A stretch of 64,000 bases of DNA. Source: Minisyncoccota bacterium (GTDB lineage: Bacteria; Patescibacteriota; Minisyncoccia; Phycocordibacterales; UBA5272). Every line of letters starts with the position of its first letter. Position 1 is the first letter of the stretch. Where the stretch lies: contig JAGOTK010000002.1 in NCBI GenBank assembly GCA_018061825.1, positions 100 through 64,099 on the forward strand, read 5' to 3'. Below, in pieces: positions 56,064-64,000 of this stretch. A model generated the notes under the pieces. It was not told the origin of the DNA. It did not search any database and worked only from the letters and a program-made list of their open reading frames with translations. Made by a program: the position numbers and the translations under genes.

Positions 56064-58991
56064 ATGAGCAAATTAAATTACAGTGAAATAGAAAATAAAT
56101 GGCGTAAATATTGGTCAGATAATAAAGTAAACAAAACTTTAGATAATTTTGATAATGATAAAAAAAAGTTTTATATTTTAGACATGTTTCCTTATCCATC
56201 TGGAGAAGGATTACATGTGGGTCATCCAAAAGGATATATTGCTACAGATATATATTCTAGATTAAAAAAAATGCAAGGATATAATGTGCTTCACCCTATG
56301 GGTTGGGATGCTTTTGGATTACCTGCTGAACAATTTGCTATAAAAAATAAGATCAATCCAAATATCGGCACTGAAATAAATGTTAAGAGATATAAAGAAC
56401 AAATTGAAATACTTGGTCTTAATTATGATTGGGATAGAGAGATAAATACCACTGATCCAAAATATTATAAATGGACACAGTGGATGTTTAAACAAATGTA
56501 TAAGGATGGGTTGGCTTATGAATCTTTTGAGCCTATAAATTGGTGTCCAAGTTGTAAGACTGGTCTTTCAAATGAAGATCTTGATGGGAATGCTTGTGAG
56601 AGATGTTCTACAATAGTAGAAAAAAAGCCACTCAGGCAATGGGTTATAAAAATCACAGATTATGCTGACAGACTTTTAACTGATCTTGATAAACTTGACT
56701 GGGAGCCACACATAAAAGAGCTTCAAAGAAATTGGATTGGAAAAAGTGTCGGTAGTGAAATCGATTTTGAAATAAAAAACTTTCAAGAAAATAAATTAAA
56801 AATATTTACGACCAGAGCCGACACTCTTTTTGGTTGTACATTTATGTGTATTTCTTATACTCTTGCAAAAGAGTGGATTGGTAATGGTTGGAACGCAAGT
56901 GATGAAATAAAAAATTTTATTGAGAAACTCGAAAAAGAAGAAAAAGAAAGAACTATAGACTTTGATATGTCTAAACTTGAGAAAGAAGGAATTGATACAG
57001 ATATCAAAGCTATCAATCCTACAAATGATGAAGAAGTGACGATTTTTATTGCAAATTATATTTTGAGTGATTATGGCACTGGAGCAATCATGGCTGTCCC
57101 AGCACACGATGAAAGAGATTATGAATTTGCAAAGAAATATAATTTAGAGATCAGAGAAGTTATAGCTAAAAAAATAGGAAACTATAAAGAGGAAACAAGA
57201 AGAGTAGTTAGATCCGGTGTTGTCATAATTAAAGATGGAAAAGTTTTGTGTGAGAAATTAGGTCCGACTAGATTTAATGGAAAATATTTATTAGTCGGCG
57301 GATCCGTAAAAGAAGATGAGTCTGTAGAAGATGGATTGCTAAGGGAAATAAAAGAAGAGCTTGGTACAGAAGCTAAAAGTTTTTCTAAAATAGGAACTTA
57401 TGATGTTAGCTGGAACAATAATACTAATAATAATTCACAAAATACTTTACATAATATTTTTACTATAGATATAGATTTAGAAAAGATAAATGATTATAAT
57501 CATTTTGATAATGTTGAAATGGTTTGGGTACCAGTAGATGAATTTATTAAAGATTGTGAAGAAAATCAAAAACAAGATCAATCGGATGCTATTAGAAAAG
57601 TTTTAGAAAATAAATTTAGTCTTTTTGAAGACGAAGGTGTATTGATTAATTCACAAGATTTTTCTGGAATGAATAGTGAAGAAGCTCGCGAAAAGATCAC
57701 AGAAAAAGTTGGAGGAAAAATTGTAAGTAAATATAAGTTGAAAGATTGGGTATTTGCAAGACAAAGATATTGGGGAGAGCCTTTTCCAATTGTTTTTGAT
57801 GCTGATAATAATATAAAAGACAGAAAAAGCTATCTAGTAGCTGATAAAGAATTACCAGTGATTCTTCCAAATGTGGAAAATTACGAGCCAACAGATAATG
57901 GACAGTCACCACTCTCAAATATAAAAGATTGGGTGGAAGTATTTGGGTTTATAAATAATGAAGGGGAATTTGAAAGTGTAGAAAATCAAGATGTAAAAAT
58001 CGAAGGTAAAGAAATCAAAAAGTTTTTTAGAGAGACAAATACAATGCCACAATGGGCTGGAAGCTCTTGGTATTATCTCAGATATATTGATCCAAAAAAT
58101 GAGGATATATTTGTAGATAAAAATTTAGAAAAAAGTTGGAATCCTGTAGATTTTTATGTTGGAGGTGCAGAGCATGCGACAAGACATTTAATATATGCGA
58201 GATTTTGGCATAAGTTTTTGTTTGATAAAGGATTTGTATCTTTTGATGAGCCGTTCAATAAACTTCAGACTGTGGGGCTCATAATGGCTGAAGATGGAAA
58301 GAAAATGAGTAAGAGATACGGAAATGTTGTGAACCCTGATGGTGTAGTAAAAGAATTTGGAGCAGACGCAATGAGAACTTATGAAATGTTTATGGGTCCA
58401 TTTGAAAAAGCAATTTCTTGGAATACAAATAGTATGGCTGGAGTGTCTAGATTTCTTGAGAGAGTTTATAATCTGACAGAAAAAATAAATCTAAACAATG
58501 ACATAGATAGTAAAGAAATAGAAAGAACAATAAATGAAACTATTAAAAAAGTCGGTGAAGATATAGAAGCTTTTAAATTCAATACTGCTATATCTCAACT
58601 TATGATTTGTCTAAATACATTCGAAGAAGAAATTAAAAAAGAAAATAATATTTCTAAAAATACTTTTTCAAATTTCATTCAGATTCTTTCACCTTTTGCA
58701 GTACATATATCAGAAGAGATTTGGCAAAATATTTTAGGAAATAATTCTTCTATTCATTTATCTTCTTGGCCAAGCTTTGATGAGGCAAAAATTATTAAAG
58801 AAGAAATAGAAATGAGTTTACAAATTTCTGGAAAATTTAAAGGTTCATTTTTAGTTAAAAATAATCTTGAAGATGAAGAATTAAAAGAATTTATAAAGAA
58901 TTTAGATTTATACAAAAAACACATAAGTGAAGAAATTCAAATAAAAAAAATAATAGTCGTCAAAAATCGCTTGATAAATATAGTTATTTAA
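56064..58991 (+). CDS. leuS: Leucyl-tRNA synthetase with an inserted Nudix hydrolase domain
   Basis: HVGH, CP1 editing domain (TTRADTLFGCTF…GTGAIMAVPAHDERDYEFAKKY), KMSKRYGN; residues ~376-495 (nt 57189-57550) contain the Nudix box GSVKEDESVEDGLLREIKEELGT (Gx5Ex7REUxEExGU). Confidence 0.85.
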   Translation: MSKLNYSEIENKWRKYWSDNKVNKTLDNFDNDKKKFYILDMFPYPSGEGLHVGHPKGYIATDIYSRLKKMQGYNVLHPMGWDAFGLPAEQFAIKNKINPNIGTEINVKRYKEQIEILGLNYDWDREINTTDPKYYKWTQWMFKQMYKDGLAYESFEPINWCPSCKTGLSNEDLDGNACERCSTIVEKKPLRQWVIKITDYADRLLTDLDKLDWEPHIKELQRNWIGKSVGSEIDFEIKNFQENKLKIFTTRADTLFGCTFMCISYTLAKEWIGNGWNASDEIKNFIEKLEKEEKERTIDFDMSKLEKEGIDTDIKAINPTNDEEVTIFIANYILSDYGTGAIMAVPAHDERDYEFAKKYNLEIREVIAKKIGNYKEETRRVVRSGVVIIKDGKVLCEKLGPTRFNGKYLLVGGSVKEDESVEDGLLREIKEELGTEAKSFSKIGTYDVSWNNNTNNNSQNTLHNIFTIDIDLEKINDYNHFDNVEMVWVPVDEFIKDCEENQKQDQSDAIRKVLENKFSLFEDEGVLINSQDFSGMNSEEAREKITEKVGGKIVSKYKLKDWVFARQRYWGEPFPIVFDADNNIKDRKSYLVADKELPVILPNVENYEPTDNGQSPLSNIKDWVEVFGFINNEGEFESVENQDVKIEGKEIKKFFRETNTMPQWAGSSWYYLRYIDPKNEDIFVDKNLEKSWNPVDFYVGGAEHATRHLIYARFWHKFLFDKGFVSFDEPFNKLQTVGLIMAEDGKKMSKRYGNVVNPDGVVKEFGADAMRTYEMFMGPFEKAISWNTNSMAGVSRFLERVYNLTEKINLNNDIDSKEIERTINETIKKVGEDIEAFKFNTAISQLMICLNTFEEEIKKENNISKNTFSNFIQILSPFAVHISEEIWQNILGNNSSIHLSSWPSFDEAKIIKEEIEMSLQISGKFKGSFLVKNNLEDEELKEFIKNLDLYKKHISEEIQIKKIIVVKNRLINIVI

Positions 58992-59086
58992 TTGTGGATT
59001 ACTTATTTTGACTTTTTTGTCAAGTTGTAGTAGTATAGAATTAATAAACTAACAAGTTTAAAGTGGGATTTATTAGAAGGATAATT

Positions 59087-60145
59087 ATGAAAAATAAAAA
59101 TATGACAGAATCAACAATTTTATCTTTCAAACCAAAGCAAATCTCAAAAAAGTTTCTTTCATCTCTTAACCCAAGAATGAGAGACATTGTTTCAAATCGC
59201 TACGGTCTTGAAAATGAAAAGAGAATGACACTTGAAGCTATAGGGAAAAATTATGATATCACTCGTGAAAGAGTGAGACAAATTGAAAATTTTGCTTTAG
59301 CTACAATAAAAAAATCTACAGAATATAGAGAGAATATTTTTGTATTTGATGAGCTAAAAGAAATTGTAAAAAAATTAGGCTCTGTGACAAAAGAAGAAAC
59401 TTTGATGGACCATATATCAAAAGATAAAATAGTCCAAAACCACATAAACTTGTATTTAGTAATCGGAGGTCATTTTACAAAAGTAAAAGAATCTGACAAT
59501 CTTCATTCTCATTGGAGCGTAGATGATTTGCTTTCAGATCACATTAAAGACTCTATAAATAAACTTCACAATGAAGTAGAAGATACAGAATTATTAGGAG
59601 AAGAAGAAATTTTAGAAAAATTTGTATCAAATCTTGATCAGCTTGTAGATGAATATAAAAACAATAGAAATATTATTCATAAATATCTTTCTATTTCTAA
59701 GCTTATAGATAAAAATGATCTTGGTGAATGGGGAAGAGTTACCTCTCCTCATATTAGAGCTAGAGGAGTCAAAGATTACGCTTATCTTGTTGTAAGAAAA
59801 AATGGAAAGCCTATGCATTTTAGAGATGTGGCTGGAGAAATTACAAAAATATTTAAAAAGAAAACAAATGTCGCCACTTGTCATAATGAGCTTATAAAAG
59901 ATAAAAGATTTGTCCTTGTAGGAAGGGGAATGTATGGACTAAAAGAGTGGGGTCATGCAGCAGGAGTAGTCAAAGATGTAATAGTGGAAACTTTAAGAGA
60001 ATCTGGAAAACCTTTATCAAAAGCTGAGATAGTAGAAAAGGTACTTTTAAAAAGAATGGTAAAGACAAACACAGTTATTATCAATCTTCAAGATTCAAAA
60101 TTATTTAAGAAAGATAAAGATGGAAAATATAGTTTAGTAAAGTAG
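59087..60145 (+). CDS. Sigma-70 region-4 (HTH) domain protein with an uncharacterised ~270-aa C-terminal domain
   Basis: …RMRDIVSNRYGLENEKRMTLEAIGKNYDITRERVRQIENFALATIKK resembles RpoD region 4.2; AAGGA SD 8 nt upstream of the ATG at 59087. Confidence 0.45.
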   Translation: MKNKNMTESTILSFKPKQISKKFLSSLNPRMRDIVSNRYGLENEKRMTLEAIGKNYDITRERVRQIENFALATIKKSTEYRENIFVFDELKEIVKKLGSVTKEETLMDHISKDKIVQNHINLYLVIGGHFTKVKESDNLHSHWSVDDLLSDHIKDSINKLHNEVEDTELLGEEEILEKFVSNLDQLVDEYKNNRNIIHKYLSISKLIDKNDLGEWGRVTSPHIRARGVKDYAYLVVRKNGKPMHFRDVAGEITKIFKKKTNVATCHNELIKDKRFVLVGRGMYGLKEWGHAAGVVKDVIVETLRESGKPLSKAEIVEKVLLKRMVKTNTVIINLQDSKLFKKDKDGKYSLVK

Positions 60146-60211
60146 TACAAAATATTAAAACACTTCTCAATTTGAGAAGTGTTTTATGTTATAATTTTTA
60201 TATATAAATAT

Positions 60212-61801
60212 ATGCCTCTTCAACTTTTGATAGATATTGGATTATTTTTAATATATTGTGGAGTGTTTGTTTTACTTTTAGCTTGGACTTGGAAATTTTG
60301 GATGCTTTATGTAAATAATACTTGGGTGAAAAGTATTAAATGGACAACTATAGAAATAAAGCTACCAAGAGAGATAAATAAAAGCCCAGAAGCTGCAGAA
60401 ATCTTTTTAAGAAGCTTGATAGAAGGTGGGGGGTTAGGTAGTTGGTATAAGGAAAAATGGGAGGGTAGAATCCCAAATTATGCATCACTTGAGATTGCTT
60501 CACTCGAAGGAGTGATACATTTTTATATTCGTCTTGAAAGTAAATTTAGACCAAGAGTCGAGGCTGCAATTTACTCTCAATATCCAAATGTAGAAGTAAT
60601 AGAGCTCGCAGAAGATTATATGGAGAAAATTCCATACACTGTTAAACGAAATGAAAATACAGGAGTAGGATTTTGGGCTACAGAATGGGTACTTGCAAAA
60701 ACTCAAAAAATAGAAATTGGTAATAAAGATAAAAAAGGAAAAGTGGATGATACTTTAGATAAGTTGGAATATTCTGGAGATATGTATCCATTAAAAACTT
60801 ATAAAGATTGGGGGCTTGATAAAGATCCAAAAGAAATGTTTAAACATGACCCATTAACTTATGTACTTGAGCAAATGGGTAGTATTGGAAAAGGCGAATA
60901 TTTTGTATATCAAATTCTTTTAAGAGATGCTGGTAAATGGAATGAGATTTACAAAATCACTAAAAATGGAGACGATAAAAATCCTGAAAAAGGTAAAAAA
61001 TTATCGGATCTTGTAAAATTAGAATTGGATAATTATAAAATAAAATGGTCTTTAAAAAAGAAAGGGGATTTATTAGGATTTGATGAGTATGGAGATCCAA
61101 AGCAAAAAGAAATTTTAAAGACAATAGAAGAAAAAGATAAAGATGGAAAAATAATTAAAAAAGAAGTTAAAGAAAAAATTAACGCTGTATTTAATAGAGA
61201 CTTGGTAGAGTCAAAACCAATACCTTTAACTGAGAGAGAAGATGATTCTAAAAAGAATATTGAGCTTATACAAAGAAAAACTAGTAAGACACAAGTATTT
61301 TCTACTGTCCGTACAGTATATGTAGCAGAATCTGGAAAAGAGTTAGGAAGTAGAATACCAATGGTAATGGGTCTCATGAAGCCTTTTAATGAAGATGGTT
61401 TTAATACTTTTAGACCTGAAAATGTTACAGATCCATATGATTTTCCATGGCAAAATACAATGAAAAGATTGGTACCTTGGAGAAAAGAAAATATGTTTGG
61501 AGATTTACAAGGAAGAGATGGATTTTTTAGTTTTGTTTCTGGTATGGGAAAGAAAGGAAAGGAGGCAATGGATATTTTTTTCTTTAATCGTTCCAATATT
61601 AGTAAAAAACTTTTTTCTACATTTTATAATATTTTATTTTATCCTTTTAAACCGACAATTAATCTTTCAGGATTTACTTTAAATATAGAAGAGCTTGCTA
61701 CTTTATATCACTTTCCAGGAGAGGTCGCAGCCACTCCTTCAATACCTAGAATTGATTCTGTTAAAGGTTCTTCACCTTCAAATCTTCCAGTAGAAAGGTA
61801 A
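60212..61801 (+). CDS. Hypothetical large membrane-anchored protein (about 530 aa)
   Basis: N-terminal TM; no motifs; start taken as the internal ATG at 60212. Confidence 0.4.
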   Translation: MPLQLLIDIGLFLIYCGVFVLLLAWTWKFWMLYVNNTWVKSIKWTTIEIKLPREINKSPEAAEIFLRSLIEGGGLGSWYKEKWEGRIPNYASLEIASLEGVIHFYIRLESKFRPRVEAAIYSQYPNVEVIELAEDYMEKIPYTVKRNENTGVGFWATEWVLAKTQKIEIGNKDKKGKVDDTLDKLEYSGDMYPLKTYKDWGLDKDPKEMFKHDPLTYVLEQMGSIGKGEYFVYQILLRDAGKWNEIYKITKNGDDKNPEKGKKLSDLVKLELDNYKIKWSLKKKGDLLGFDEYGDPKQKEILKTIEEKDKDGKIIKKEVKEKINAVFNRDLVESKPIPLTEREDDSKKNIELIQRKTSKTQVFSTVRTVYVAESGKELGSRIPMVMGLMKPFNEDGFNTFRPENVTDPYDFPWQNTMKRLVPWRKENMFGDLQGRDGFFSFVSGMGKKGKEAMDIFFFNRSNISKKLFSTFYNILFYPFKPTINLSGFTLNIEELATLYHFPGEVAATPSIPRIDSVKGSSPSNLPVER

Positions 61802-61876
61802 AAATATATTTAAAAACAGAATATAATTATTCTGTTTTTTGTTTTAGTTTTTTATGATATTATAGGATAATTATAT

Positions 61877-63025
61877 ATGGGATCTGGAGATGAATTTAAA
61901 AATTTTTTAATAATAAAAAAAATAGAAGAAGATAATGAAAAAAAGTCTTTTTTAGAATCTGTTATAGAAAACAAATTACCTATTTTTATTATTTTTATAG
62001 CTTTAATTATATTTATATTTTTTTATAATATATTTTTTGCAGATGTAAATTTATCTAGTTTGAAAAATAAAAATTATTTATTTCAAATAAATAATGGAGA
62101 AAGTGTCAGCTATGTAGCAGAAGAGTTAAAAAAAGAAAATGTGATAAATTCTGTATTTGCTTTTAAAGCATATTTGAAACTTTTTGGAAAGTCAGGAAAT
62201 GCACAAGCTGGTATTTATAGATTTGATGAAAAAGACTCACTTATCTCTGTCGCAAACAAAATAAAAAATGCAAACTACGCAATTCCTCCAGTTAGAATAA
62301 CTATTCCAGAAGGAATGAAAAATTTAGATACAGCAAATATAATAAGTAAATCTTTTTTGGAAAATAAGGAATTTGTTTATAATTCTGAAAGTTTTGATAT
62401 TTCAAATATAGTTTCAATGTTTAACAATTCTAATTCTTTTATATGGCCTGATACATATTTCTTTTTACCAAATACAGCCTTGTCGGATGTTATTTCTGAT
62501 ATGCAAAATAATTTTTATTTAAATTTAAAAAATATTTTTATATCTTTCAGCGACTCAAACGTTGGTCCAGCTGATAATATAAAGATTTATTCTTTAAATA
62601 TGGACAAATTAAAAATCTCTGACTTTTTTAACGAAAAAGATAAAACTATAAATCTGGATAAAAGGTTAACAATGGTAAATGATATAGGTACTACTACAGT
62701 AACAATAAGAAATATTGTCACAATGGCTAGCTATCTTGAAGGTGAAGCAAATAATGAAAAAGACATGCGTATTGTAGCTGGGGTACTTTGGTCAAGATTA
62801 AAAATAGGTTTTCCTTTACAAATAGACGCTGCGACAAGTACATATAAAATAAAAGGTATGACTAAAAATCCTATAAACAATCCTGGAGCAATAGCTATCA
62901 AGTCTGCAATAGATCCTATAAGTACAGGAAATATTTACTACATTACAGGAAATGATGGAAAAATGTATTATGCAAAAGATTATAATACTCATTTACAAAA
63001 TATCAAAAAGTATTTAAAAAATTAA
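61877..63025 (+). CDS. mltG: Endolytic murein transglycosylase MltG (YceG family)
   Basis: N-terminal TM; WPDTYFF and …MASYLEGEA…RIVAGVLWSRLKIGFPLQIDAATSTY matching the YceG catalytic region. Confidence 0.65.
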   Translation: MGSGDEFKNFLIIKKIEEDNEKKSFLESVIENKLPIFIIFIALIIFIFFYNIFFADVNLSSLKNKNYLFQINNGESVSYVAEELKKENVINSVFAFKAYLKLFGKSGNAQAGIYRFDEKDSLISVANKIKNANYAIPPVRITIPEGMKNLDTANIISKSFLENKEFVYNSESFDISNIVSMFNNSNSFIWPDTYFFLPNTALSDVISDMQNNFYLNLKNIFISFSDSNVGPADNIKIYSLNMDKLKISDFFNEKDKTINLDKRLTMVNDIGTTTVTIRNIVTMASYLEGEANNEKDMRIVAGVLWSRLKIGFPLQIDAATSTYKIKGMTKNPINNPGAIAIKSAIDPISTGNIYYITGNDGKMYYAKDYNTHLQNIKKYLKN

Positions 63026-63057
63026 TTTTTTATTATGCTATAATCATTTAAATAATT

Positions 63058-63612
63058 ATGAAAGTACACAATTTAGCATTTGTCGATGTAGAGACAACAG
63101 GAACAAATTTTGAAAAACATGAAATCATAGAGTTGGCACTTATTGTAGTTAAACAAGTAGAAAGAGAAGGTAAAGGACCAAAGATAGAAATGATAGGTGA
63201 ATATGAATGGAAAATAAAGCCAGAACATTTAGAAACCGCAGAAGAGCAAGCTTTAAGAATAAATGGATACAATGAGACAGATTGGCTTTTTGCATCCTCA
63301 CTTAAAAATGTCATGGAAGAATTTAATAAAAAAGCGGAAAGTTGTACTTTTGTGTCTCACAATCTTGTATTTGATTATGGTTTTGTTTCTAAAGCTTATG
63401 AAAAGACAGGTATAGAAAGCAATATGCATTATGGAAAATTGGATACGATTTCTATCGCTTTTGCTCGTCTTTATGATGCGCCACAGGCTGATAAATTTTC
63501 TTTAAAATATTTATGTGAACTTTTAAAGGTTGAAAATTCTAAAGCTCACACAGCTCTTGCAGATACTAGAGCTTTAGTAGAAGTGTATAAAAAATTGATG
63601 AGAGCTGTATAG
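63058..63612 (+). CDS. DEDDh 3'-5' exonuclease (DnaQ/epsilon-like)
   Basis: Exo I FVDVETTG, Exo II SHNLVFDYGF, Exo III HTALADTRAL. Confidence 0.75.
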   Translation: MKVHNLAFVDVETTGTNFEKHEIIELALIVVKQVEREGKGPKIEMIGEYEWKIKPEHLETAEEQALRINGYNETDWLFASSLKNVMEEFNKKAESCTFVSHNLVFDYGFVSKAYEKTGIESNMHYGKLDTISIAFARLYDAPQADKFSLKYLCELLKVENSKAHTALADTRALVEVYKKLMRAV

Positions 63613-63684
63613 AATTAAAATAATTAGGCATATTTGTTTATGTGTGATATATTATAAAGATTATTCGTTTAATTTGAAAAAAAT

Positions 63685-63819
63685 ATGCAAGAAGAAACAA
63701 AAGTAGAAGGAGTTGAAGAAATTCCTGCTGTTACAGAAGAGGTTACTCCAACTGTATCAGAAGAAGTTGTAGAATCAGCAGAAGTGGCATCAGAGGATCA
63801 TACAGAAGCCGCAGCATAA
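63685..63819 (+). CDS. Possible small acidic protein (44 aa)
   Basis: Short ORF followed by a terminator. Confidence 0.25.
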   Translation: MQEETKVEGVEEIPAVTEEVTPTVSEEVVESAEVASEDHTEAAA

Positions 63820-63824
63820 ATATA

Positions 63825-63855
63825 AAAATCCCCCGTTAAAAGGGGATTTTTATTT
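63825..63855 (+). terminator. Rho-independent terminator (aaaatcccc/ggggatttt)
   Basis: GC-cored 9-bp stem plus T-run. Confidence 0.6.
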
Positions 63856-63890
63856 ATCTAATATATGGGTCTTGTTTTAGTATATATAAT

Positions 63891-64000
63891 ATGAAGAAAA
63901 TTAAAGATAACTTAAAAAATAAAAAAGTATTTATTGGAATGAGTGGAGGAGTGGACTCTTCTGTTTCGGCATTACTTTTAAAAAAGCAAAAATACGATGT
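63891..64000 (+). CDS. mnmA: tRNA-specific 2-thiouridylase MnmA (5' fragment, runs off the window)
   Basis: PP-loop GMSGGVDSSV. Confidence 0.7.
   Translation, partial: MKKIKDNLKNKKVFIGMSGGVDSSVSALLLKKQKYD

Noticed and set aside
1-64000. Possibility of an alternative genetic code (TGA=Gly as in Gracilibacteria/SR1, or TAG reassignment)
   Set aside because: Long conserved genes (uvrA, leuS, uvrB) are full-length under the standard code. TGA ends the ORF at 11422-11424, and TAG ends PBP2 and LysRS at homolog-consistent positions.
1-64000. CRISPR arrays, integrases or transposases, toxin-antitoxin pairs
   Set aside because: No regularly spaced direct repeats and no recombinase-like ORFs were seen. 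The tRNA-Tyr neighbourhood has no flanking direct repeat that I could spot.

Overview
This is a very AT-rich window (roughly 70% A+T by eye, not computed) from a small-genome bacterium, possibly of the Patescibacteria/CPR type. It has compact genes, short intergenic spacers, few obvious Shine-Dalgarno sites and many A/T-rich stem-loop terminators. Translation uses the standard bacterial code: TGA, TAG and TAA all occur at homolog-consistent gene ends.

Most of the window is housekeeping: def-fmt, priA, two mreB paralogs with mreC and PBP2, frr, rseP, greA, lysS, the mraZ-rsmH-ftsL-ftsI dcw block, engB, ychF, rpmE, prfA, a two-component system, gap, rpiB, rpe, a split transketolase, tgt, uvrB, uvrA, tRNA-Tyr, sufS/sufU/sufC/sufT, leuS and mltG.

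The outstanding feature sits in the first 2.8 kb: a complete diversity-generating retroelement (DGR). It comprises a 215-aa target gene ending in a variable region (VR), a cognate template repeat (TR) 443 bp downstream, an Avd four-helix-bundle accessory gene on the opposite strand, and a DGR-type reverse transcriptase (motifs LGNLTSQ and YIRYADD). By my manual alignment over about 115 bp, 23 of 24 TR/VR mismatches fall on TR adenines, which is the signature of active adenine mutagenesis.

Other unusual items are:
- a leucyl-tRNA synthetase with a complete Nudix hydrolase domain inserted after the editing domain;
- a tRNA-guanine transglycosylase with a roughly 125-aa hydrophobic insertion;
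- a PriA with degenerate Walker A/B motifs;
- a gene interrupted by a single in-frame TAG;
- an MraZ-box array on the dcw promoter;
- a G9 homopolymer between avd and the RT.
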